A stretch of 63,695 nt of DNA, the filler included, from Basidiobolus ranarum (taxonomy: Eukaryota), in NCBI GenBank assembly GCA_040143965.1. It is 45 parts of 45 records of this genome, joined end to end, with 100 filler letters (N's around TTAATTAATTAA, not from the genome) between each part and the next. Parts side by side here need not be neighbours in the genome. Positions count along the whole stretch, not along the records: positions 1 to 1,323 come from JASJQH010012423.1; positions 1,424 to 2,745 come from JASJQH010012424.1; positions 2,846 to 4,167 come from JASJQH010012425.1; positions 4,268 to 5,589 come from JASJQH010012426.1; positions 5,690 to 7,011 come from JASJQH010012427.1; positions 7,112 to 8,433 come from JASJQH010012428.1; positions 8,534 to 9,854 come from JASJQH010012429.1; positions 9,955 to 11,275 come from JASJQH010012430.1; 37 more parts are not named here. One strand, 5' to 3'. Position numbers and translations under genes: made by a program. This document shows positions 1 to 11,805 of the stretch, piece after piece. The notes under the pieces are model-generated. The model had not been told where the DNA came from and ran no database searches. It saw only the letters and a program-made list of their open reading frames with translations. Positions within the stretch are counted from its first letter, which is position 1; each line of letters opens with the position of its first letter.

Positions 1-178
1 AGGTGATTTGGAGAAGTTTTGAGAAAATAGTGAAAATTGGTAAAAGTGATCTAATTGATATTTCTATCAATTAGAGCAATAAACACACGTTTTTGAATAA
101 CAGAATTGAGTACTAATTAATCAGAATATGAATAAACTAACTACTAAATAATGAGTTGCTATTTACCTAATTTCAACA
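1..178 (-). repeat. Copia LTR family 3, partial copy
   Basis: Near-identical to ~735-912; ends in TTTCAACA (TGTTGAAA on minus). Confidence 0.8.
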
Positions 179-575
179 AAAATAAGGGCACCAAGGAGAG
201 ATAATGGTGGAAAACACTGCTCTAAAGACTGTACTAGTTTCTGTTAAAAACATGGCATAAAGCAACAAACTACTGTTCCTTATACTCCACAGAGCATGCT
301 AATAGAACCATAGTGGGGAAGGCAAGATCAATGTTACAGTATCAAAAGAGAAATTACCAATATTGGGCTGAATCTGTTGACAATACAGTCTATATCAAAA
401 ACAGATGCCCAACAAGATTAATACAAAATCTAATCCATTTGAGGCACTATGAAGATCAAAACTAAGTGTGGATCATCTCAGAATCTATGGTTACACAGCA
501 CATTGCTTCATTCCAGCTCAAAAATATTCTAAATTGCAACCTAAAAGCAGAAAATTCATATTTCTAGGTAACTGC
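179..575 (+). pseudogene. Ty1/copia integrase remnant
   Basis: Frameshifted motifs QQTTVPYTPQ, ANRTIVGKARSML, YWAESV, NRCPT, FIFLGNC. Confidence 0.85.
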
Positions 576-1323
576 TGATAAAAGTGTTCAGGGGATTTGG
601 AAGTGTTAGTTTTGTGAATTAGACACTTATATTTTATTGAATTGAATATGTCCTATTTATAGCTTACTATGAAATAGACTATTGGACATGCTTAGATTAT
701 CACAAACATGCCTGTTAAGCATCGGCAAAAATTTGAGGTGATATGAAGAAGATTTGAGAAAATAGTGAAAATTGGTAACAGTGATCTAATTGATGTTTCT
801 ATCAATTAGAGCAATAAGCACATATTTTGAATAGCAGAATTGAGTGCCAAATTATCAGAATATGAATAAACTAACTACTAAATAATGAGTTGCTGTTTAT
901 CAAATTTCAACATTCCAACTCAACTAATTATTTTGTATCTCTCTAAAATCTAACTTATATCTTAATTATCCATATTGTGCTTTAGCTAAAGGTTTGGTCA
1001 AGTTGTCAGCTATCAATTCTTTGGTAGGGCAATAGAAAAGTTCAATTATATCATTCTCTATTGCTTCTCTAACAAAATGATGCCTAACATCTATATGCTT
1101 TGTTCTGGCATGAAATTTAGGGTTTTTAGCTAATGAAATACAACTTTGTTTATGATCAAATGCAGTAATAGCACATTTTGTATGTGTCCTAATTCTGTAA
1201 ATAACTTCCTTAACCACATAGCATTTTGTGTAGTAGCAGAGGCAGCCATACACTCTGCTTCTGTAGTGGAAAGTGCTATGGTTGGTTGCTTCTTACTATT
1301 CTAAGTAAAGGCTCCATTACCAT
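576..1323 (-). mobile_element. Ty1/copia 3' end: RNase H, polypurine tract and 3' LTR (family 3, LTR 576-912)
   Basis: ORF 966-1253 SCISLAKNPKFHARTKHIDVRHHFVRE...ADNLTKPL; TTAGTTGAGTTGGAA abuts LTR TGTTGAA...TATCA. Confidence 0.9.
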
Positions 1324-1423
1324 NNNNNNNNNNNNNNNNNNNNNNNNNNNNNNNNNNNNNNNNNNNNTTAATTAATTAANNNNNNNNNNNNNNNNNNNNN
1401 NNNNNNNNNNNNNNNNNNNNNNN
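1324..1423. other. Artificial contig linker N44-TTAATTAATTAA-N44 (first of 44, about every 1.42 kb; last at 62284-62383)
   Basis: Identical 100-bp spacer with stops in all six frames; flanking contigs shrink steadily from ~1323 to ~1312 bp. Confidence 0.99.
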
Positions 1424-1563
1424 TTTCACTCCTGAAACTGAAAAAATTGATTAAAATCAAATCTAACTTGACAATTTTATGATGGTAAGTAAACGGTCAA
1501 TCCCAAATGGATTAAAATTGTGATGGTTTTCCTATGATAACAATCCTCAAATTTCTGTTAGGG
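1424..1563 (-). mobile_element. CCCTA transposon end A
   Basis: Ends ...CTCAAATTTCTGTTAGGG, the reverse complement of the end at 4078. Confidence 0.9.
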
Positions 1564-2026
1564 AATGGTTGTCCTTGATTGTAAGCAATAGGTGTTGCAC
1601 TCTTTGATATGACCAAACACTTGTCACTAGAGAGGTGAGAGCAGGCTGTATATCTATATAGTTGGCTGCATTGGAAAAGCTTTGGGTTTATAGAGGAGGT
1701 TTTAGACCATGTACTTATGATTAATTTGAGAGATAACTAATTATTGAATTGAAAAATACTGTATATCTTGGTGGTGACCCAGGAAACAAATCAGGTGAAT
1801 TCTGCAGGATTAAATGAGCCATCCTGAGGTTAAAGTTAGAATAGGTGGTTAGACAATGCTAATTTCAATAAAAAACACACTTATTCTAATTAATTTTATT
1901 AATCATATATTTTTCAATTGATTTTGAAAGCATTACACTCTTCATAGCAGAGTTTTTGAAAAGCACATTTCAAGTTACCAAATTGATTCCTGCCCTAAAG
2001 CTGCTGAAATTAACCAAACATTTTTA

Positions 2027-2745
2027 TGTTGAAGTATTTGGCAGCCAGTTGGTAGTTGTTTGGAGAATTAGAGAAATTGGTGGTTTCCACTTGCATATTT
2101 ATTGAGTAGAAACTTGACATTTATAGTTTTATATAGATGTAAGCAAACCAACACAGAGAATGTGTTAAGGAAGGTCCCGGAAAAATGTGTGCAAAGTTTG
2201 GGGCATCTAGTACAAGTTAGAAAAATCTATAAATCTGAGAACTTCTAAGTTGGTAAAAATATTCCAAGTGCAATCCTATTGAGAATCATGGATAATATCT
2301 TAGTGAGTTATAAGATAACTAAGTATTAAGCTATATATGACTATAAAGGTGCTTAGGCAATGCTAATTTCAATACTACACAGTCTTATATAGCCTAGTAT
2401 TTAGTTATTCTATATTGAGCTGAGATATCACAAACTATTCAAAATTGGGACTCACTTGGTATATGCTCACCAACTCAGGAATTCTCAGATATGTAGACAC
2501 CTAAACTTGTCCCAGAAGTCCTAAAATGTTGCATACATGCTCCTGATGTTGAAATCAGCATTGCCTAAGCACCTTTATAGTCATATATGTTGAAATTAGC
2601 ATTGCCTAAGCACCTATATAGTCATATATAGCTTAGTACTTAGTTATCTTGTAATTCACTAAGATATTATCAATTATTCTCAATTGGAATTTACTTAGAA
2701 TATTTTTACCAACTTAGAAGTTCTCAGATATATAGATTTTTCAAA
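2027..2745. repeat. Cluster of copia LTR family 2 copies (2027-2374 minus; LTR starts at 2547 and 2588 plus)
   Basis: Matches LTR2 at 21916, 24162, 39379 and 51564; TGTTGAAAT(C/T)AGCATTGCC occurs twice 41 bp apart. Confidence 0.85.
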
Positions 2746-2845
2746 NNNNNNNNNNNNNNNNNNNNNNNNNNNNNNNNNNNNNNNNNNNNTTAATTAATTA
2801 ANNNNNNNNNNNNNNNNNNNNNNNNNNNNNNNNNNNNNNNNNNNN

Positions 2846-4077
2846 GTTAATATCTGCACTATGTAAGACTACCAAAAAGGATTACCAGATGTGGTATATT
2901 GCTTCTGGAGCCTCTAAAAATATCACAAAGGAAAAACATTGGTGTGTGGATTATGAAGAAAACCCAATTAGAAAGGTTTTCATGGGAGATGACTGCACAT
3001 TGGATACTATTGGAATGGGAACAATTCAAGTCAATTTAACTGGAGCTTCTCAAGAGAAAGTATATACTTTTAAGGATGTACTACATGTTCCAGATATTGC
3101 CAAGAATTTAATATCTGCATGCAAGGCCACTGCAAAAGGGCTAAAATTCAATTTTGATAAGTCAGGATGCACCATCACTGATTAAAGTGGGAATCATTTA
3201 GCTTTGGGAGAAAAGGATCAGAACTTATACAAACTTACATATATTCCAAGAGGTTTATGTGTAAATATAAGTTACTCCAATCAAGAAACTATTCAATTAT
3301 GGCATTAGAGATTTGGCCATGTTAGATTTGATTATTTTAGCAAAATGATAAAAAATTGCCCAATTTCTGGAATTCAAATTAACCCCCCCAACCAAAATGG
3401 AAACTTGTGAGGATTGTATATATGGAAGACAAGCCAGGTAACCATTCAAGAGCTCTGGTTTAATCAAATCTGTCAAAAAATTCAATCTAATTCATTCATA
3501 TTTGTGTGGACCTATACAAACATTCTGTTTAGGTGGAAAAAGATACTCAATCACATTTATTGATGATTATACAACATACACTTGGGTCTACTTTATGGAA
3601 AGAAAAGAAGCTCTCTCTATCTTTAGAGATTTTAAAACTCTTGTGGACACTGAAACTGGAACTAAAATCACAAAAATACATACTTATTTTGGTGGAGAAT
3701 ATACTTCAACACTATTTAAGCACTTTTGCAAAGCTGATGGAATTAAGCAAGAAACTACTGCCCCCTATTCACCTCAACAACATGGAGTTGCTGAAAGAGC
3801 AAACAGGACTATAATAGAAATGGCAAGATCTATGACAAATGCACAAAATCTTTCTCATAACTTTTGGTTGGAATCTATTGCTACCGCTGTATATCTAAGT
3901 ATAGGAGTTTTACTACAAGTCTATCTAACCCTACACCATATCAAGCTTGGTTTGGAGTAAAACCTGATGTAACACATTTGAGGATCTTTGGATGAATTGC
4001 TTACATCGAAATTATGACCAAAAATAGTCTAAACTTGATCCAATAAGTAAGAAATGCCTATTGCTGGGTTATTGTAC
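2846..4077 (+). pseudogene. Ty1/copia protease-GAG-pre-integrase-integrase remnant
   Basis: WYIASGAS, VLHVPDIAKNLIS, CGPIQT, FIDDYT, GGEYTS, APYSPQQHGVAERANRT; internal stops. Confidence 0.92.
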
Positions 4078-4167
4078 CCCTAACAGAAATTTGAGGATTG
4101 TTATCGTAGGAAAACCGTCACAATTTTAATCCATTTGGGGTTGACCGTTTACTTACCGTCATAAAAA
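4078..4167 (+). mobile_element. CCCTA transposon end A (CpG-intact copy) inserted in copia integrase
   Basis: CCCTAACAGAAATTTGAGGATTG begins right after LLGYC; near-identical to 50868. Confidence 0.92.
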
Positions 4168-4267
4168 NNNNNNNNNNNNNNNNNNNNNNNNNNNNNNNNN
4201 NNNNNNNNNNNTTAATTAATTAANNNNNNNNNNNNNNNNNNNNNNNNNNNNNNNNNNNNNNNNNNNN

Positions 4268-5164
4268 TGTAGCTGCCGTCACTTGCTTTGCTCAGGAGTG
4301 ATTCAACATTTTGGAAACTGAGTAGAATCTTGCCCAATTTCACCTGGATTTGAGCCAATCAGAGAAAAACCAAAAACCAGGTGTTACTCTGAAGGTTCTT
4401 GACTCATTTCATGTGGCTCATCCTGGGTATTTGCAAGCAAATGGCAATTGGGCTTGTATAGACCTATTCATGAAACATCTCAAAAATGTACACAATTTTC
4501 AACTTGAAAAAGAAAGAAAAGTAGTACAACAAGTACTGGGAGAGCAGGTAGTTAGGAAGCCCAAGGGAAAAGCAAAGGAGCCAGTGAGTTTATGCTCTAC
4601 TGTGCCACTTACCAATTTCTTCACACTATTATAAAGATCAGCATTTCCAGAGTCAGATATACTGGCAAAAAAGCTTAATTTCAACATGGAACCAGGTATA
4701 CCATTTGGAAGAGTGCTAAACTTGGAAGTTTATGTAACATCTAGTGCCTCTTAACAAGCTAAAATACCAGCATATAGAACTCATGGCTCTCCAACCTCAA
4801 CTGGCACTTTTCATAGCGTTGAAATTGGCCCCAAAGTTAAAGTCAAGCAAAAACCACACTTACACCATAATGAACCCTCAGTAACACTACAAAGTTGTAT
4901 GAAAATAGTGAAAGTGCTTGAGGAGTATTTTCAAAAGTATGAAGAGAAAAATGCAGTGCAAGTATGCAGAAAGTGGCTTCAGAAGAAGAACATTCAACTT
5001 GACATTTGGTCCGGTGTTGACCATGCAGATATCTGGGAAGAACTAATACAGAGTAGCACAATATTGCAGGGTATCTGCCTGATAGATGGAAGAATGATGG
5101 TTCAGCAACATTAATACAATGGTGGGCTTTGATGGAGATATTGATATAAACTTGTGTTGGATAT
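4268..5164 (+). pseudogene. CCCTA transposon ORF2 fragment (unknown function)
   Basis: KVLDSFHVAHPGYLQANGNW...KPKGKAKEPVSL; homologous to 44002, 45418 and 52490. Confidence 0.8.
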
Positions 5165-5589
5165 TATTGGGAAAATATGGGCTGTTTGGAGGAGCTTTAG
5201 AAAAGTTGAGTTGTGAACAGCTTTGTGAGACAATTGTTTATTGTCCAGAAATAAAGCATTTATACTTTTTGCTGGAAATACTGAAAACTAACACTGGGGT
5301 TGTGTTCAGAATATCTGTGGGAGTAAAATGAGCTATCTTTGGGGCAATTTGGACAAGTTTGAAATTTCAAATATGGAATTGTTAATTCACACATTATTCA
5401 TATATATATATAATATATGTTCCAATTTTCAGCTAAGTGATATTTGACTAAGTAATGTTAACTAACTTATATGTGATATATGAAATAGTTTGGTGTATAA
5501 GGATAGAGATAATAAATATGATAAAGACAATAAACTTCAACACTCCCACTCAACTAAATATTCATATATCTTAATCCTAACTTAAATCT
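5165..5589 (-). mobile_element. Copia family 1 3' LTR (5165-5542, TG...TA) plus PPT
   Basis: ~378-bp repeat; TTAGTTGAGTGGGAG precedes TGTTGAAG on minus. Confidence 0.88.
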
Positions 5590-5689
5590 NNNNNNNNNNN
5601 NNNNNNNNNNNNNNNNNNNNNNNNNNNNNNNNNTTAATTAATTAANNNNNNNNNNNNNNNNNNNNNNNNNNNNNNNNNNNNNNNNNNNN

Positions 5690-6646
5690 GTTACAATAAA
5701 TCTTTGGCTTTACTAGCTCCTTCTTTTGGAAATAGTTTTCTGGTGATTTTCCCTTGAATACAGCTTTCACATTTTGTTATATCTGAGGGCTTAAGATCCA
5801 TCCCTGTACATAGGCTATTTTTATATAATAGTTTCAGTTATCAGTGCAATATCCAGGTAATATAGATTCCCAATTCTTGTTCTAGTTACTACTATTAAGT
5901 CCTTTGATTTGTATATGGTTGCTTTTCCTTGGCCAAATTTGACATCATAATGTTTCTTTTCAATTGCTCCAATTGAAAACAGATTTGTTGTAAATGATGA
6001 AATATATCAGACATCTTCCAAGGTTACCATTACACTTTTGGTTTTACTTATTTGTAAGTCAAGTGTGACCTTTCCCATTCCATATGCTACCGGTTTGTTT
6101 CTTCCAGCTACCATGATGTCCATAGGTTCTATTTCCTTATAGTCATGCATTATGCTTCTATTGTGACACACATGATCACTTGCACCAGAATCTAGAATCC
6201 ATACATTAGCAGAGTCATTTCTGGATTTAGAGGGTGCCATAAGTACATAGTGGTCATTTCCTCTTTTGGTGGTGTTATATGCTTCCTTTTTCTTTGAAAC
6301 CCATTTCATCTTTGATCTGCAGTAACATTCTATATGTCCCAGTTTTCCACATTTGTAACATATAATAGTGCTCCTTTCTGGTTGGCTATTTTGAGAATAA
6401 AATGCTTGTATAATTTTTGTTTCATCTGCATGCTGACTTTTGTCTTTCCTTTTAAATTCTTCTTGACATAGACAAGAGATCAGATAATGCTGAGTAAGCC
6501 TATCCCTAATTGCTTCCAAAGTGAGTACAAGGGCTGAATATGATTCAGGGAGACCATTGACTATGCTAAGAATTATATCCATTTCAGGTACTTCATAATT
6601 CACTGATTCCAGTTGTTGGGCAAGTTTCTGGACACCATTTACATAT
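5690..6646 (-). pseudogene. Ty1/copia gag-protease remnant
   Basis: NGLPESY, zinc knuckle CYKCGKLGHIECYC, WILDSGASDH; same family as 34088. Confidence 0.92.
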
Positions 6647-7011
6647 CCCTAACAAAAATAAAATTGATTTGATCTGGATTGCATCCACCCTCCAAAATAG
6701 CAAAACCATCAGAGAACCATCACAATATTATAGGTTTGCATTCTGCCAGGGATTTTGATGGTGTGACAGCAATTTCTTGACGGTATCTTAATGGTATTCA
6801 TACATGTTAAAATATTGATCCTCAAATTTGGCATGCGTTACTCAATATTTAGCAATTTTTGCAAAAATATAATTTTCAAATGGCAAATTATTGGGTTTAC
6901 TCCTGGAGGAATTCAAGGTAATATGCATGCCTTTATTTAGATATCTTAGGCTTTGTATTCCAGCCATAATGACAATCAAAAAACACAAGAAGCTTGTTGT
7001 GTTTAGTCTCT
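6647..7011 (-). mobile_element. CCCTA transposon end B with transposase 3' end
   Basis: CCCTAACAAAAATAAAATTGATTTG interrupts the copia gag. Confidence 0.9.
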
Positions 7012-7111
7012 NNNNNNNNNNNNNNNNNNNNNNNNNNNNNNNNNNNNNNNNNNNNTTAATTAATTAANNNNNNNNNNNNNNNNNNNNNNNNNNNNNNNNN
7101 NNNNNNNNNNN

Positions 7112-8433
7112 TTATAAGAGGATCATTTTGTACACAGTTGAGCAATAAGCGTAAAGAGTCTGGATAAACTTTAGTGTCAGCATCTACCATGAGCACAATT
7201 TCAAAATAATCTGGTGTGACTCCCATTAAGTGATGTGTCTTCTTGAAGAGATCGTAATCCAATGGGGTCATGCGATCGTTATAGGTAACTCGGCTAAAGA
7301 AGTTCATCAAGATGATTTGCGAATCACGTTTACCTCTATTGCCAGGTTTAGGAGCACTTTGCTCTTCTGGAGTACCACATTTGACTACCACAATTGTTGG
7401 TACTCTATGACCTTTGTGATTGAAGTGTCCAGCATATACTTTCGCCATGTTGTGTTGTTTTGCACCTGCAGCGACCGCGATATAACTCATAGGTTCAGGA
7501 TTTTCGAAAGCTGGATCAATTTCTAAGAGGTCAACGCAAATGTCAGGTGTACTACGATCATTTCCACTACCGGTGATTATGCCATCAGCGACAATGAATA
7601 GGAGTTTATGGTCGTCACCATATTCTGTGGACGCCAGACTTTCAATAGTACAGCGAATAGAACTTTCTCCTTCGGAGTAGCATGTGACTAATAGAATAGT
7701 GAACAACTCGCTAGAATTCAAGTTGACATTCACTTCTGGTAAACTTATGCTGCTCACACCAAAGCTAGATGTACTTGAATTTTGGTGAAGAGCCCAAGGG
7801 GAAGAGCGTGAGACCACAATGGGTAGAGTTTTACTCTTAGGAGGGGGTCTGGCGAGTTTGAACGAAATCAGCCAATCGAACACCACAGCCATAAGAAATC
7901 TACTCAATACTAGTCCAAGGATAACAATCATAGAGGTAATAAAGAATAGTTTGACCCCGAAACATCCCGTAGTAGCTTTACTCAGATGCCCTGCCTTATA
8001 CTTATTTTGAATACAGGGTATCGAGCTCTTGAGTAGTGGTTGACGTAAGAAGAGTCGCGTAGCGTCAACAATATTATTACTGATAGCTTCACGAATAGCC
8101 GCATCCACTATATCGTTAGGGATAGGACTGGGATTGGCCTGAATGTACGGGTTTAAGTTCAGAACCAACCCATCAATAACAAGGTATTTATCTTTTAGAT
8201 CACTCCAATCGTATCCAACCGACTTTTTTAAATTTACAAGTCCAAACTTTGCTTGTGCACTCTCGATGGGCTCCAAAGGGCATAATTTACTTCCGTTTGG
8301 TGGGCTGCATGGATTCTGATTTATGGCAGCAAAGGCTTGTAAATTTGGAATTTGACATTCTTTAAATGAACTATCGTGTTGAAAAAGATTCGTTTGATCT
8401 GAAGAGCTAGGGGCGTGTAGCAATTCTGATGGG
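7112..8433 (-). CDS. Chitin synthase, division 2, probably class IV (Chs3-like), internal fragment
   Basis: Open frame across the contig with cytochrome-b5-like region, a transmembrane helix, TCYSEG, KLLFIVADG, HNMAKVYAG, GNRGKRDSQ and MVDADT; normal CpG content. Confidence 0.95.
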
Positions 8434-8571
8434 NNNNNNNNNNNNNNNNNNNNNNNNNNNNNNNNNNNNNNNNNNNNTTAATTAATTAANNNNNNNNNNN
8501 NNNNNNNNNNNNNNNNNNNNNNNNNNNNNNNNNTGTATGTATTGCAGCGGTTTGAAGGTGATGGTAATGGG

Positions 8572-8937
8572 TTAGGGACATGCGAAAAGTATGTGTGCCA
8601 AGGATGATTTGATCAGATCAGTAATTGTAAAGATATTGGCCCATAGCTCCCACAGAAAATGCAATATCAGGCCATGTTCAGCCATGATATACATCAAACA
8701 ACTAACCATAGAATGATAAGGAGATTTCTGGTTTTCATTTGAATCCAAAAACATCTGATTTGAGCCATTTTTGGTCATGTTCAGATTTGTCTTCATTGTG
8801 GTAGATACTGGATTGGATTCTTCCATTTCATACTTCTGTAGTATATCTAGGACATATTTGGAATGGTTTAAAGTTATTTGTCTGGTAGTTCTATCAATCT
8901 TAATTTGGATTCCCAGATAGTATGTTGGTTCACCAAG
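8572..8937 (-). pseudogene. Ty1/copia reverse transcriptase remnant
   Basis: LGEPTYYLGIQI, KYVLDILQKYEM, PYHSMVSCLMY. Confidence 0.85.
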
Positions 8938-9490
8938 CCCTAACAAAAATAAAATCAATTTGATCCAGATTTGATTCACCATCCTGAATTGCAAAACCAT
9001 TAGAGAACCATCACAATATTGGTGGCTTGCATTCTGCCAGGGATTTTGATGGTGTGATGGTGGCTTCTTGCTGGTATTTTGATGGTATTCATACATGTTA
9101 AAATATTGATCCTCATATTTAGCATGTCATTTAATTTCCAGCAATTTTTGCAAAAATCTAATTTTCAAATGGCAAATTGCTAGGTTTACTGCTGTTAGAA
9201 TTTGAGTTAACAAGCATGCCTTTTTTAGATATTTTTAGCTTTCTATTCCAACCATAATGAGAATCAAAAAATACAAGCATCTCATTGTGTTTAGTCTCTA
9301 CTTATGCACATACTTGACTGATCAGACATAACTCAGCAACATCAATATGCTTTACTAGCAAACTAATGGTGGAAAAGTTACTAATCATCTGAAATTTTGA
9401 ATAGCACTGACACTTGGCAAATAGCTGACTCTTGTTACCATTCACAATGAGAATAAGCACTGGGATTTTAGCAAATTTCCATAAAGAAAT
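8938..9490 (-). mobile_element. CCCTA transposon end B plus transposase C-terminus
   Basis: CCCTAACAAAAAT at 8938; interrupted by LTR1 at 9491. Confidence 0.9.
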
Positions 9491-9854
9491 TATTGGGAAA
9501 ATATGGGCTGTTTGGAGGAACTTTAGAAAAGTGGAGTTGTGAATAGCTTTGTGAGATAATTGTTTATTGTCTGGAAATAAAGCATTTATACTTTTTGGTG
9601 GAAATACAGAAAACTAACACTGGGGTTGTGTTCAGAACATCTGTGGGAGTAAAATGAGCTATTTTTGGAGCAATTTGGACAAGTTTGAAATTTCCAATAT
9701 GGAATTGCTAATTCTCACATTATTCACATATATACATAATATATGTTCCGATTTTCAGCTAAGTGATATTTGACAAAGTAATGTTAACTAACTTATATGT
9801 GATATATAAAATAGTTAGGTGTGTAAAGATAGAGATAACAAATATGATAAAGAC
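9491..9854 (-). repeat. Copia LTR family 1, truncated by contig end
   Basis: Starts TATTGGGAAAATATGGGC like the other copies. Confidence 0.88.
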
Positions 9855-10890
9855 NNNNNNNNNNNNNNNNNNNNNNNNNNNNNNNNNNNNNNNNNNNNTT
9901 AATTAATTAANNNNNNNNNNNNNNNNNNNNNNNNNNNNNNNNNNNNNNNNNNNNAACAAGTTGCATCTTGAATTTCCAATCATGGAAATCTTCCCTATTG
10001 AATGATGGAACATTATGAATCTCCATTTGGGAAGAAGACTTTAATTCACTTGCTGCCACCATCTTGGAGGATCTTGACATAATGAGGGTAGACTTTGGGT
10101 ATTAGAAGCAACTTATGATAGTGTGCTTTAGTTACTTTATTCTTAAGAGTATATGGTGACTTATATAGTAGAATAGTAAATTAATTGTTTGAGATATTAA
10201 GGAGTCTGTGTAATGAGATATAATAGATAAGTGGGGATAATCAAACATACTTGTTATATAGATATAGAGATATTCCTATTTAAAATATAGGGGCTACAGA
10301 AATATTGCTTTCTGTTGCTGATATATGAATCATAAGTAAAGTTAACTATGATGTTGAATTAAGATTAATTATCTAACAGGATCATAACAAATGATCTTTT
10401 GCTACCATGACTTCAGCTGAGGCATTACTCACTGATCCATCTATTCAATCATATTTCTCTTTTCTCAGAATGAGTCATCTATTATCTTGCCACTGACTCA
10501 TTACCTTTACTATAAAAATGTATAAATGAAGCTAACTGAACCTGTTGGTGTAGTGTGAGTCTCATAGAATACTAGTTCTTCACTACCTTCCTAGTGTATC
10601 ACAAGGATTATGACATTTTCTTCTAGTTTTCTATCAGAGCCTAGTATCCACCAGCATCTATAGAACATCAAGCCTAGCTGACTAGCAAACCTACTCTCTA
10701 CTGCTAATTAGCAAACCACTGCTTATTACTTAGTCCTGCTCTGCTAACTTCTCTGGCTTAAATGGTTCTAGGATTCTGCACTTAATTGTTGCTATGGTCA
10801 ACTTCAAGACTTTTTATCTACTTGTCTGTTGGACAAAACAGTATGGCTCAATAATTATTGTAACTAATTGCTTAGTGTCTCTTAACTTTT

Positions 10891-11275
10891 CCCTACTGAA
10901 ATTTGAGGATTGTTATCATAGGAAAACCATCACAATTTTAATCCACTTTGGATTCACCATTTACTTACCATCAATTTTTCAGTTTCAGGAGTGAAATTTC
11001 AAGATCTTGCAAAATAGTTGAGCATGATTGGCTACAATCTCAGAGAACTATGGACCAACACAAGTGCAAAAAACGTAACTCATATTTTAAACAATTACCA
11101 CTTGAATACTAATTTGTGACCTTCAAAATCCCTAGTCTCTTTGATACATTCTCTTGAATATCTATATAGAGTTCTTCATACCCAAGGTTTAGCTCATACC
11201 CAACACAAGTTTGTATCAATATCTCCATCAAAGCCCACCATTGTATTAATGTTGCTGAATCAACATTCTTCCAGC
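10891..11275 (+). mobile_element. CCCTA transposon end A and ORF2 3' region (diverged)
   Basis: CCCTACTGAAATTTGAGGATTG; continues as the reverse complement of ~44760-45175. Confidence 0.85.
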
Positions 11276-11375
11276 NNNNNNNNNNNNNNNNNNNNNNNNN
11301 NNNNNNNNNNNNNNNNNNNTTAATTAATTAANNNNNNNNNNNNNNNNNNNNNNNNNNNNNNNNNNNNNNNNNNNN

Positions 11376-11594
11376 TTGATTGATGCTACTTCTTACACAT
11401 CTGATAAATTGATTGATGCTTCATCATTACTTCAGTTGGTTTCCAGCATGTTAATGCCTTCCAATGTGGATAGTGGATTGCAAGACTGCTCATTGTTAAG
11501 TCCTCTGTTTTGATGTTTTTTTTCTTTTTGTGCCAGCAGGTGTTGGCTTAGAAGCCAATTTTGATTTAGATTTTGAATGCTTTTTGAATGGCAT
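11376..11594 (-). pseudogene. Putative N-terminus of CCCTA ORF2 (MPFKKHSKSKSKLASKPTPAGTKRKK)
   Basis: ATG at 11594 on minus, divergent from the transposase; homologous to ORF 33540-33767. Confidence 0.6.
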
Positions 11595-11805
11595 TGAAAT
11601 TTTCAGATGGTAAACTTGGTGTAATGAAGTTGCTTAGAAACAGCTATAATAAACCAAAATTGCCATCCATTGCTGGAAATATCTTGTAAATCCCCTGATG
11701 ACTTATCTGTGACACCATCTCAGAATCAGCTGATGATATTGATGGGCTATACCTGAAATACCACCCATACTTTTGAGGTGTTCTTTTTCATACAATATTC
11801 TTCTC
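11595..11805. promoter_or_regulatory. Candidate bidirectional promoter between ORF2 and transposase
   Basis: ~210-bp spacer between divergent ATGs; conserved at ~28510-28697, 33312-33520 and 54304-54496. Confidence 0.45.

Noticed and set aside
560-580. Insertion hotspot at the copia FLGY motif (576, 4078, ~13977)
   Set aside because: Three different inserts at non-identical positions; too few to exceed chance
4078-4084. Telomere or telomere-bearing element (CCCTAA)
   Set aside because: Only one hexamer per end, always followed by fixed element sequence; better explained as a CACTA-like TIR variant
7056-7111. ORF tails ending in XXX-LIN
   Set aside because: Translation of the linker, not protein
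8572-9096. 174-aa ORF as a novel fusion protein (similarly 51216-51494 and 28063-28287)
   Set aside because: Read-through across insertion junctions of unrelated elements
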